Shown here one piece after another: positions 13,500 through 25,170 of a stretch of DNA of 64,000 nucleotides. This stretch comes from the human T2T-CHM13v2.0 reference genome, Homo sapiens. Within the stretch, counting starts at the first letter, position 1. The number at the start of each line of letters is the position of its first letter. Both the position numbers and the translations under genes were made by a program. The notes beneath the pieces were generated by a model. It saw only the letters and a program-made list of their open reading frames with translations. It was not told where the DNA came from and searched no databases. The stretch is from the NCBI RefSeq assembly GCF_009914755.1, contig NC_060933.1; one strand, written 5' to 3'.

Positions 13500-13650
13500 A
13501 AAGTGTTTTTCACCCCTATTTTACATATTAGGAAACTAACACGTCATGAGACGAAGAGATTGTTCAAGGTCCAATAACCAGAAATCAATGGCAGTCAGAA
13601 TTTGAAACCAAATCTTAAACTTTTAGTCACTGCATGTTACCTCTTTTACC
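13500..13650 (-). mobile_element. MIR SINE
   Basis: CCCCTATTTTACATATTAGGAAACT...TTGTTCAAGGTC...AGAATTTGAAACCA. Confidence 0.65.
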
Positions 13651-14360
13651 AATTGGAAACAGTATTACTATGGTTTTGGATATGATTTAAAACTGTCTAA
13701 ATGTTCTAAAAATCACAGTTCAATTCATTTCAAAAATATTTAGTAAGAACTAGGTCCAAAGATATTTTTAATGGTAATAAATAAGATATAATTTTTGTCT
13801 TCCAGGACCACATGATTTGGAAAGATAAATAGGCCAATGAACAAAAATAATAATATATTAAATAATACATATAAAAACAGAAGCTTGTAAAAGTAGAGAG
13901 ATTCCAGGAATTTTGGAATGATTTATTGAGAATATGATACTAAGCTCATTTTTTAAGTATAAGTAGGAGTCTTCCCATGTGATCTGAAAAAGACTATTCC
14001 AGTTGCATGAATCCCAACGTGCAAAGCCACGGAGACATATTTTTAAATTGAGTGGCTTTATTAGTAAGTACCAGATTATTTTACTTTTAAATACTGCTTC
14101 CAACATCTAAAAATTGAGTATAAATTAATAATTACATTCATTAGCACTTTATTCTTATAAAGTGATCTTATACTTGATGTATCTATAGTCTTTCTAATTC
14201 CACAAGGAGAGCTAAATGGAAAGATGAATAATTATCCTCCCCAACATGCAAATAACTCCCATGGTTTTCTACCATTATTACAGACAAAACATATGATTAT
14301 CATCCATATTCTCAAGCTGTAATTTGAAACCATTTATTTCTATTGAATCAAACTTCATAC

Positions 14361-14775
14361 CCTTCCTTGAGCTTTACTTCAACATAATCATGGAACCTTC
14401 GTTTTTGGGTCAGCTAGTAATACTTTTAGTTTTAATCTCCTAATCTCTCTGTAAAACCCACAGTAAGCATTCCTATGAACTGATGAATAGGACCAGAAGC
14501 TCCAGGTCCAACAGAACAATCATCAAATCCACTTCTTTTTAGCAGTCAACCATACCTAAGTATTTTGCTAGGCTACATAAGGACCTATAAATAACATGTG
14601 GAATGTATTTCAATTCACATTTATTTCATCAATCTTGTTCACACATATTTTAAGTGTAATTAAAGACAAAATAATAGACTAAATTTTTACTGAGTTTATG
14701 CAGTACCTGTGAGAAGAATCTTGAATTCAGAACCAACCATATATATATGCAAATGCTTCCACTTAATTTAATCAT
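14361..14775 (-). pseudogene. Pseudo-exon cluster: 14707-14775, 14556-14584, 14361-14448
   Basis: TTTTTGTAG|..CAG|GTACTG, TTTATAG|..TAG|GTATGG and TTTTACAG|..AGG|GTATGA, with introns of 122 and 107 bp. In-phase join: MIKLSGSICIYIWLVLNSRFFSQ-VLM*PSKILR-EIRRLKLKVLLADPKTKVP*LC*SKAQGR. Confidence 0.6.
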
Positions 14776-16039
14776 CTACAAAAATAAGGTAAGATCAGGA
14801 ACTCATGAATATGTTCTAGAATGATCTTCGCTGATTATAATCAAAAAGTTCTTTAGAAAGAAGGGGTAATGGACTACCATCAATCTACTTTAGTTAGATA
14901 GAATGAGGTTTTAAGGAAAAAAATAAAAATATCAATTAAAACCATGTACAGCCAGACAAAGTAATCTGCTACAGACTTCAGTGTTTAAGGTTATGTTACA
15001 CAACTACTTGGAAGGAATGTTTTGCAAGGAATGTATCTAAGGCATGGGTAAATGAACTAGATGGTTAAGGCCACTTACAGAAAACATACAAGAGAGAGCA
15101 TGACTCATGTTCTTATGACCCATGTCTTATTTACATGCTTTATGACCCATGTATCTTATTTACACAAGCTCCCTCTCTCACACTGCTACCCCAACTCTGA
15201 CAAAAAATAAATTCTGTCACCAACCACTACCAGGAATCCAATCACACTAATGTTACTAAGACTAACATATATGTGACTTTGTTGAAGATGTTGAGATCAC
15301 AGGAAGCAGTACCACTGCACAGATTACAACGTTGTAACTGAAAAATTCCATTGGACATCTATCTTCTGAAGCGTTTTCTGGTCCCTGGCCACTTAATCCT
15401 CTTGCCTATTATCCACACAGCACTTAGTCTCACTCTTCACACTTACTCACTCTGACATTTCTTGTGCAACATAGCTTCCTATTTTGTCAAACCTTAGGAA
15501 CAAGGGAGCCCCAGGAAGTTCCTTCACTTTGTGTATTATATATTGCTATGATATTAAATACACTTATGATGCAAATGTTTTACTTTTGTAACCAAAGAAA
15601 AAGGAAAAAATAATAAAAATTACACATTAAGAAACAGGTTTCAACTCAAGACTAAATGAATGTAATAAGATGTGCCTTATGCAACTGTGAATGCACATAA
15701 AATAATGCATTTGTTCACAGTAGGTGCTAGAAGAATGCAGATGATGATTATGGGAATTATTCAAAGTAAGAAAAGAGTATAATGACACAGGAAAAGTTAG
15801 TGTGATAGGGAAGTATAGCATGTACTCCTTCAGTTTACCAGATATGAAGCAAAATTAGGTAAAATAGGAAAGATGAATGATTTGGATTAATCTATTATAA
15901 AAATAGTTCTCAGCTGAATGCTCACTAGGAACCAGACACCTCTTAGGAAAATCTTTCTATCTTTCAAACTCATGGATAAATCCCTGTCATTCAACTTCAT
16001 TTCTTATATGCACATAACACAATTTCTCATTATGAATTT

Positions 16040-16210
16040 CATTTATTTTAGTTGCTTGTAAATTCTTTCTCATTAGCCTGTAAGTCTCTCAAGGGCAGGA
16101 TTATATCTGTCCCCTTCCCACAGACAATATGTGACCCAGGGCCTACCTACTCCAGTGCTTAACACAAAAGAGGTACCCAATAAATACCTGAAGAATTAAT
16201 CAGTCAATTC
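16040..16210 (+). mobile_element. L2 LINE 3' end
   Basis: TAGCCTGTAAGTCTCTCAAGGGCAGGA...CAGTGCTTAACACAAAAGAGGTACCCAATAAATA. Confidence 0.65.
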
Positions 16211-16229
16211 ACTATAGACTAAGTATTGT

Positions 16230-18180
16230 TCTACAACCATATTTTCCTTCTTAAAAATATATATTGGAGATTTTCTCATGATGGTATTTAAAGAACTACA
16301 ACATTTCACTTACCGTCTTATTAAACCAGAAACATACTGCATGAATATTCCAACATTTGTTTATCTATTTTCCTATTGGACATTTGGAGTTTTTTCAATT
16401 ATTTAATAAAATCATGTTCACACAGTTTTGCACCTCCTTTCTAATCTCTCTGCCTGAGTCTTTTTCTCACCTTATTTAAATGATTTCCATTATAAACGTT
16501 GAGTAAAAGTGATGATAGCATACATTCTTACATTTCTTCCAAGCTTAGAGAAAAAGCACTTAGTGTTTCACCATTAAGTATGATATTAGCTCTAGGTTTA
16601 CTGCAGATGTTCCTTATCAAGTTGAGGAAGTTGCCTTCTATTCCTAACTTGCTAACAGTTTTTATCAAGAATAATTGTTGTATTTTCCAGTGATTTTTCT
16701 GCATCTGAGATCACCATATGGTTTTTCTTTTTCTTTTTTTCTGTCGCCAGGCTGGAGTGCAGTGGTGCATTCTTGGCTCACTGCAACCTCCGCCTCCTGG
16801 GTTCAAGTGATTCTCCTGCCTTAGCTTCCCGAGTAGCTGGACCTACAGGCACACACCACCACACTCAGATAATTTTTGTTATTTTTAGTAGAGACAGGGT
16901 TTCACCATGTTGCCAGGATGGTCTCGATCTCTTGACCTCGGTATCCACCCACCACGGCCTCCCAAAGTGCTGGGATTATAGGTGTGAGCCACCATGCTTG
17001 GGCAGTTTTTCTTTTTACTCTGTTAATATGGTGAACTATTCAATTTATTTTCTAATGTTAAACCAACATTGCATTTCTGGGATGAACCTAACTTGTTCAT
17101 GATGTATTATCTTTACTTGCCATTGCTATTTATACTTGCTAACATTTCATTAATAATGTTTACATCTATGTTCTGTAGGATATTGGCCTGTTGTTTTATT
17201 TTCTTATGATAACTTTTATGTTGGTCTCATAGTTGGAAAATCTTCCCTCCTCTACAGTTTCCTGAAAGAGTTTATATAGATCTGGTATTATTTCTTCCCT
17301 AAATATTAGGAAGATTTTATTAGTAAGGTCATCTGCGCCTTCAGTTTACTTTGTAGGAAGATTTTTTGTTTTGTGTTTGGGTTTTTAACAACTGATTTGC
17401 CACATAATTCAAACACCATGAAATTTACTCTTTTTATGTGAACAATTAAATGATTTTTAGTGAATTTACAGATTTGTGCAACCATCAGCACAATCCCATT
17501 ACAGAATAGTTCCATTGTCCCAAAAGATTCCTTGTGCCCATACGCAGTCACTCACCAACCCCACTGCCAGTGCCAGATGAAAACCACTCTACTTTTAAAT
17601 TCCATAGATATGTTTTTCTGTACATTTCACCTAATTATATCACATGGTGTTTTTTGTTACTGGCTTCTTTCAAGTAGCATATTGTTTTAAAGGTATATCC
17701 ATGTTGTAGCATGTATCAGTATTTCATTCCTTTTCACTGATGAACATTTTCCATAGTATGGATATACCTTATTTATCCATTTGCTAATTTGGTGTGGAAA
17801 AGTTTTAACTACAGATACCATTTCTTTAAAAGACAGAGTCATTCAAGTTGTCTATTTCTTCTTGTGTGTACATGATATATTGCTAGAGATTCATGGGAGC
17901 ATTTCTAAGGATAAACTTCTAAAAGAGGAACTATAAAGACAATTATTATGAGCATTTGTAATTTAATATATATCCAAGTAATAATTACTTAAATTGCATG
18001 TTAGATGAGCTGAACCAGTTTACAATGACTCCAATTATGTATTGAGTGTTTATTTCCCCACTCCCTTGCCAACACAAGGAGTCTATCGATGTTTTCATCT
18101 TTGTCCCAACTCAGCAGCAAAGACTATCTTACTATTGTGTTATTTTGCATTGCTTTAATTACTAGAGAGTTTATATATTT
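16230..18180 (-). mobile_element. Fragmented old L1 elements interrupted by an Alu
   Basis: Antisense L1 ORF2 motifs (TTTCACCATTAAGTATGATATTAGCT, GTTGAGGAAGTTGCCTTCTATTCCTA) and an L1MB-type 3' end at ~17390-17790. Confidence 0.75.
16722..17002 (-). mobile_element. Alu (AluS-like)
   Basis: T-rich tail followed by GCCAGGCTGGAGTGCAGTGG...CCCAAAGTGCTGGGATTATAGG. Confidence 0.95.
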
Positions 18181-18678
18181 ATTGTTTACTTTTACAGTGT
18201 TATACTCACTCTCAGCCCAGTTTCCTCCCCCTGCATGAATCTTTTTCAGACCACTCACACTTCACCCTACTCTGAATTGCCTGGTGACACAACTTTTGTA
18301 TTGTTATTTTGTATAGCCTTGGGAACAACAGATATTTAATAAGAATATCCTGAATGAGGTGATGCTCTATTCTATTTTTGTTAGCTTATCACCGATTTTT
18401 GTCTTCTCTGCTTAACAAGAACACAGAATTCTTAAGAACAAGAACAAATTCTCATGTACCATGATATCCTGAATATCAAATAGAAAATTAGTTTATCAAC
18501 AATAAATATTTGCATATTAATTGATGTGAATTTAACTAATCGAGACCAAAGCTAGGCTTTTATCATTACCTGCAAATAAAATTGAATAAAGAAAAAACAT
18601 TTGCAATCCATAATCATAAGCTTAACCAGCAGGTGACAGTCACATCCTCACCTCACGAGGACTGCTTTCATCAGGCTA

Positions 18679-18870
18679 TATGTGTGTGTGTGTGTGTATG
18701 TGTACATATATATATGTAAATATACATATGTACATACATATATACATAGAGACTCTCCCTTCCTATGTATGCATATGCTGTCTATATACATAGACAGAAT
18801 ATATATATATAAAGTATATATAAAGAAGATGTGTTCATATGATATTGTACATATACGTATATATGTATAT
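18679..18870. repeat. (TG)n/(TA)n degenerate microsatellite
   Basis: Alternating TG/TA/CA tract. Confidence 0.9.
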
Positions 18871-18933
18871 AAAGGTCAAGTCAAAAATTGTTAAGAAAAT
18901 AAAGGCACTTTCCTTTTGAAAAATGAAGCTCAC

Positions 18934-19155
18934 CGTTTCAAAATCAACATTTATCACAAGGCACTGTTGTTGACTCTCCTGGTGTACCTGGAGCAATACA
19001 GTTTTTATGCTAATTATTTCTCTTCATGCTGGCTAGTAGATAAGTATCTTGCAGCTAACCATAGTTACATTATAATAGAATGAGATTGTCTGAAGACACA
19101 AAATCCTCTTATGTCGTCCAATTTAGAATCCATTTCACAAACTCTATGGTGCTAC
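18934..19155 (-). pseudogene. Pseudo-exons 19069-19155 and 18934-18987
   Basis: TTTCTAG|..|GTAACT, then an 81 bp intron, then TTGCTCCAG|..ACG|GTGAGC. The second is 54 bp and open (VHQESQQQCLVINVDFET), but the phase between the two is not clean. Confidence 0.5.
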
Positions 19156-20881
19156 CTAGAAACTGAATGTGCTGGGAATCTTATATTTTTGCACATATTT
19201 CTGTTACACTGAACTTCAGGTATGATATTTGTAAAGACAATAATTCTACCTTTATAGGCAATTTGATATAATGTTCTATTATAACAACAAAAAATGTAAT
19301 TTGTTTTCTAGTCTAGGTTCCCAGGTTTGCATTTAGTCTTACTCATTTTGTTAGAGAAAATACACTTATAGTTTTTACTGACAATGACACCAAAACTCTA
19401 GGGAAGGAAATGGTATTTAACTTACCCTTGCAGCCAGTAAAGACAGGCTATTCTTGACATTAACTAGTGAATACATTTAGAAAATTAACAAAATGTATTC
19501 TAGTCAAATCCTAGCGAACCTCATATTTTATAATAAGAGCACATAATTATTTCAATGGAGCTTTTAAAATTTTATTCAAATCCATGAGTCATTTAATATC
19601 TACCATGTATTTTCTTCCTAATTCACATAATGAAAATAACTTATAACTAATATTATTAGCATTAAAGCCAATAAAATAAAATAGGACAAATGGTCTACCA
19701 GTGGTCCTGGGCAAATTCCACTGTAAAAAACTAAGATAATATATTAGGTTTGTGTTCCATTTCATAGATTAAATCACTGAACAAAATATTCCACAAGCTA
19801 AATATTTTTAGTGTTCATAAAAATTGGGTAACTGACCTGACAATAATGAAAGCAAGGGACAGTTCCTACCTGTGTCATATTAAGTATACTCACAAGAAGA
19901 AGAAAAATGTAGAATTGCTAAAAAATAAAAAAATCAGAAACCCAACTGAGACTTTATTATTAAATGATATTTTAACTCTTTTTCCTTGCCGCCTCTTTGT
20001 TATCAAAACTCTTTAAGAACAGCACAAATGCCCAAATGAACTTTTATGGCCCATACAATAACCATTACAAGATTTCCATACATCACAAAATTTGTGCCTT
20101 ATTAATAATAACTTTGAGAAAATCATCTCCCATATATAAATATTAATTTAAATTTGACTTTCATGACACATGTTAATATCTCATTCAGAGAAAATATTCC
20201 TCTCATCAAAGGCATATCAAAATCCATGATGCATTACTGAAGTTTTACAAGCATTCTTTAAATATATTTTATTTATTCTTCTATCAAGCGCTACATTTAC
20301 TTGGCACCTGAAAGTTCTGTTTTTCTTTTTCCAATGCTTAAAGCTAGCTGTTATCAATTTTTAAACATAGAGTAGGTAGATATTAAACATTCCCATTGTA
20401 CAGAAATCAACACTGAGCCTTAGAAAAAATAAGACAGCTTTTCAAAGAAGACACTGCTAGTCATGAGAAACACAGTGGAATTCAAGTCTTCTGGTGTCAG
20501 ATCCACTGCTTTTTCTATTTATTCATGCTGCCTCCCAGTGGCACTGGATTAGTTTCTCTTGGGAGATTTTTAGAACTAGGATCTTCTCTCTTGAGGACAT
20601 TTAAGAATAGATACAGCAACTGTATCTGTTGAGTGATAATCCTTTTTTTAAAAAGTAACTTTTATGAAGGTTTAGATGAAGCTAAGGTTTCCTAAAATAT
20701 GATACTTATTTCTGAACCAATATACACTGACAAATGTCACTCTACTACTTGCTGAATATGAACATTACATATTTGATTACATTGGCCAATTTGTTCACAG
20801 AGTATTAATCATATGAAAATAAGCCACTCAAAGCACAAACGCACCATGTTCTTAGGCTGTCCACCTATGTCAAATGAATAC

Positions 20882-22815
20882 CTATCCATGCTTTTACACT
20901 TTCCAGAAACGAAAGGCAGTGAAGTTGCAGCGAGACACAAGATGCATTTACAATTTAAGAGACGATAATAAACTGATGACTCGAACTCCCTAAAGACCCA
21001 AACCCACCTTCTAGTCAATTTTTGTATAAAATTAAAAAATAAATGCAACAATCTTAGTATTTTAAGACTATCACCCACTTAAAAGTAAATTATGGACTGA
21101 CCATTATAAAGTAACTGTAAATTAGCATGGATTTAATTCTGAAGGAAATATTTTAAAGGAAAAAGAGGGAAGAAGAAAAGGAAGGAAGGAAGGAAGGATT
21201 TCTTTAGAAGCATAACAGAAAAATCACAGAAGTATATGCCATTAGATGGGTAAGCCTGATACCTGGAATTTAACCTTTCCCTCATATTCTCCCTTAATTT
21301 CCTTACCCCAAACCCTTTTTAAATTTAATTTATTTTCTTTCAGGAAATACGGTATTTTATGCTTGAATAGTTTTTAAAGTTATTAACATCAAAGTAGCCC
21401 CTAAACCATAAAGGGAAGAGGCTTGGTGACATATTTCAACAAAATTATAAATACAGTACTCAGAGGTTGGTTGAGGGCTATGACAAAGAGAAATATTTAC
21501 ATAAATTGAGAAAATGGATTTTTTTTCAATCTAACATGCTTCCTTAAGGATACAACACAACCAAATTGGAGAATCAGTAACTGACAAACCTCTTTGCATA
21601 TAGTGACCTCCTCTCCTTGTACTACAGGAAAACATTTCCACCTAGAGTCCTTTCACAGAATATCTAGAGACCAAACGAAATCAACCATAATGACTACCAG
21701 AGCCAGATCATAATCAGTTTTTAATTGAAGTATCAAGCCAATTAATTTGTGACAACTTCCTATCACTTCTTATTCTTGACATGAAGTTGCAGAGGACTCA
21801 AATGGTTTTCTGGTCCATGACAGCTGTGGAACATTTTAATGTTTGGTCTCTTTTAAAATCACATTTATTAGAGAGGAAAGCATCTTTAGAGATGGAGTCC
21901 TAAAACTGACTCGAGATTACAAACCAGCCTCACCAGTTTAATTAGATTAAATGTCAAGAAAGAAAACTTCCCTTATACATCATATACACAGAGTCTTAAT
22001 AGCAGATCTTCCTTTGGTTTTAGAGGTGTCTTTCAGAAATACATTTGAGCCCTAAATATGTATGTCTTTGTTAATTTAATTCAACAAATAAATGATTAGT
22101 GTATATATAAGTTGTACCTATATTCAGATGAGTATCACTTTTTCACACCATAAAAATTTCTAAAATACTGTATTTTAAGAACACAAACGATCCTTTTTGG
22201 GACTTCATCAAGATATATATTCTTGCCTTCCACACAGAGCATCATCCACTATAATACATGAATGACAAACTTTATATAAATCTTCCCTGAGATAATGCTA
22301 TGTGTTATTCAGCAATGAAAAACATCAATAAATTGTCCTGCTTCCATTCCCACTACAGTAAAATTATATAAAAATATTAACATATATGTACCTTAATCAA
22401 AAATAATAGATGCCTTACATAACTAAACCACTTCTGCCATCAATAGGCAATCCATTCCATTTAAATTCTTAAGGTGAAATACCTGGCAGATCTCAAAACA
22501 TTTTACTGGTTTTGAACAGGAAGTACATTTTTTTTTCTTCCTCACACTCCAACTGTATTGGGAGTAACGCATGCTACTGGGTGATGGTGACAGAACCCTA
22601 AAGAACATCTCCTTCTTTTAAAATGTTAACCACTGCTTCTAATTTCTGAAAAATATTTTTTGCCCTTTCAGTATGTGGCCCAATATTTTCACCAATGATG
22701 GATCTCAGCTTCTATTCAGTATTCCTGGAATATTCCACACCCGATGGTAATTTTTGGTCTTCCTTTAGTATTATTCTAAATATTCGTCTTTGTTAAGAGC
22801 CACCTTTCCAAGACC
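20882..22815 (-). pseudogene. Pseudo-exons 22693-22815, 22483-22597, 20882-20989
   Basis: TTTCAG|..TTG|GTGAAA, a 95 bp intron, TTCTTTAG|..CAG|GTATTT, then TCTTTAG|..TAG|GTATTC. In-phase join: SWKGGS*QRRIFRIILKEDQKLPSGVEYSRNTE*KLRSII-GFCHHHPVACVTPNTVGV*...-REFESSVYYRLLNCKCILCLAATSLPFVSGKCKSMD. Confidence 0.5.
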
Positions 22816-23214
22816 CTGAAACTGCATTACTGAGTGTAAAATGACCACATATGGTATGCACAAACACAGCACAGCACGCTGAAAAATACATACATTACCG
22901 GCTGACAGACACGGGGGTAATCACACCAAGCAAACACAATAAGCACTCTTTCATTTATTTATTTATCTATTGCTTAGACACACTCATCAAACATATTCAG
23001 TGCCCACTGAGCCCAAGGCAGTACACAGCACAGATAATATCTGTTAGGTGGCTTCAGCAAACTGGATTATGTCAAAGTGTGAAATGTGAAGTGAATCTGA
23101 CTTCATCAAATAAACTGAACTCCAAGGCCATTTCCCAGCACTCACTCCCCCACCTCAAACACACAAGCTTAACTTCGCCCTCCTTCCTCTTCTGATGCTC
23201 AGACCATGACTTCC

Positions 23215-23273
23215 TTCTCATCCTTCTCTTCTCTTCTCTTCTCTTCTCTCTCTCTCTCTCCCTCCCTCCCTCC
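23215..23273. repeat. (CTCTT)n/(CT)n/(CCCT)n polypyrimidine tract
   Basis: Seen directly. Confidence 0.9.
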
Positions 23274-25099
23274 AAGTATTTCAGCAGCTTTCCTCAGTTC
23301 TCTGAGCCAATCCCTCGGAAAAGGAAATCAGCAAAATGCTGAATGGGGAGACTTCACCAGCAGGTGAAGAGGAAAAGAAGAGGGTGTGGTACTCGTTTTC
23401 TCCACCACACCCCATCCCTGGAGTCTTGCACTCCAGTCTACTGCGGCTCAAAGCGGGCACAGCAGGTCCCCTAGCTCACCTCGGAGCAGCCTGGCCCAGA
23501 CCAACCACCCAGCGTTCTCCGCAAAAAACTTCCCTTAAAGCAGCCAAATATTCAAGGGAGGCGGGGGAAATTGGGCATTAGTTCGAATACACATACAACA
23601 GAGCACCACGGAGCAACACTGAAAGGCACCTTTTTTAGATACAGACCCTATAGACTCTCTCTCACCCTTCACTCCCTCCCACCCTGAGTATCTGACTGAG
23701 AATTTACAGAGAACCAAGAGGCGAAAGGAGAGAGGAGGAGAAAGAGGGCATTACCTCCCGGGGCTGCCCTCAGGGTGCGGGTCAGGATCTCATCCCCGAA
23801 GTGGCTCCAGTTCAAGGCACAGCTTTCCAGAGCTCAGCCGGGTTCGGACCTGCGTCCCCGCGGCGCGGTGCGGAGCTCGGAAGCGCGCCGGGACTGCCGC
23901 TCACGTCCCCCGCCCCTGCCGCGCGGGCTCCGCCACCCCGCGAGCACGCTGGCTCTCCGCGCTCACCCCGCCGCCTCCTGGCGCCCCCACACCCACCCGC
24001 TCCGCGGCGCCCGCTGGGAGCCTCTAGCGGAGGCGAAGGGAACAGCAGGCGACCTGCGGCGCCCAGGTTCCGACGCCGGTTGCAGGGAGCCGGCCAAGCG
24101 GCAGCGTGGGCTTCGCGCGCCCCCGAGTCCGCCGGCCGGGTGCCGCCGCCGCCCCCACCTGCCCACCTGCGCCAGGCTCACCTGCCACCGCGTCCTAGTT
24201 GCGTTCACCGGTGCCCACAGCTCTCTATGGCAATTGGGGGTGGGTCTGCGGTGCTAATAAAAATTTAAAAAAAAAACCTCTCTGGTAAAAAAACGAAAAC
24301 CCAAAACCCAAATCCACGCTGTATATCAACCTCCACAGAGAACCCAGTCCGAAATCGTTTTCCAATAGGTTTCAGAAAGTGTGAGGACAGGACACTCCTC
24401 TGGCTTCCTGCCTCGCAGCTGGGCAGCGCCGCACCGGCTACTCCCTGACTTGCCAGGCGGGTCGTGCGATCGCGTAGCGACGCCCGGAGAGATCCTCCTA
24501 ACTTGACTTAACCCCCACCCCATCCCCAACATCTATTTTAAGTTATTGTCTCTGGCAATTCAAGCAGCAGCTTTGCTGCCTCTTACCTTGAGGCGCTGTT
24601 AATTCTCCTTCGTGTCCTTAAAATCCCAAGCCAAGGATGCGACGCACACAAGTCCAGGGGCTTTTCCTGGACTTCCCCCTCCTCAGCTCTGAAGGCTCCT
24701 CCTTTCCAAGGGATCAGGAGGGGATGGCGGTTCAAAAGCCCTCACCATAGAGGCGCCTCCAAGCCTTCGTACCAGTGGAAATGGAGACCGGGACCACCTT
24801 CCCGGCACCCGGAAGCCTCCCAGCCCCTCCTGGGCCAACTTGGCTGCCTATTCAGTTTTCTTCCGTAACCCCACAGACACGTCAGTCAATTCCCTGGCAT
24901 CAGGCAGGATATTCTCAGTTGCGGCCGCTCCTCTTGCTTTCTCTCGATAATGCCCCTCCCCCCTTTCTCCCCTTAATTTGGAAAAATTTCTACTCCCTGC
25001 CCGAATTAGGTGGGGATGAGGCGGAAAGGTGTAAGAAGAGCCACTCCAAGGCACAGCTTCGGAACACCGTCTCCCTGGGCTGCTGCAGCGCGAAGGTGT

Positions 25100-25170
25100 C
25101 TACGCTGGGGAAACTTTCAGGGGAGGCAGCGCCGGTGCGGGGCTGGGCGGGCGGCGGGCGGCGGCGCCAG
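25100..25170 (+). other. Candidate non-coding first exon of a + strand gene (start approximate)
   Basis: Donor CAG|GTGAGG at 25170 in the GC-rich core of the island. Confidence 0.4.

Larger units (their letters stand above)
2049..22815 (-). pseudogene. Putative decayed multi-exon pseudogene, about 20 candidate exons, product unidentified
   Basis: Chain of pyrimidine-tract/AG ... GT-bounded segments on the - strand in clusters with mostly 50-230 bp introns. Many junctions are phase-compatible and the translations look protein-like but contain stops. Confidence 0.6.
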
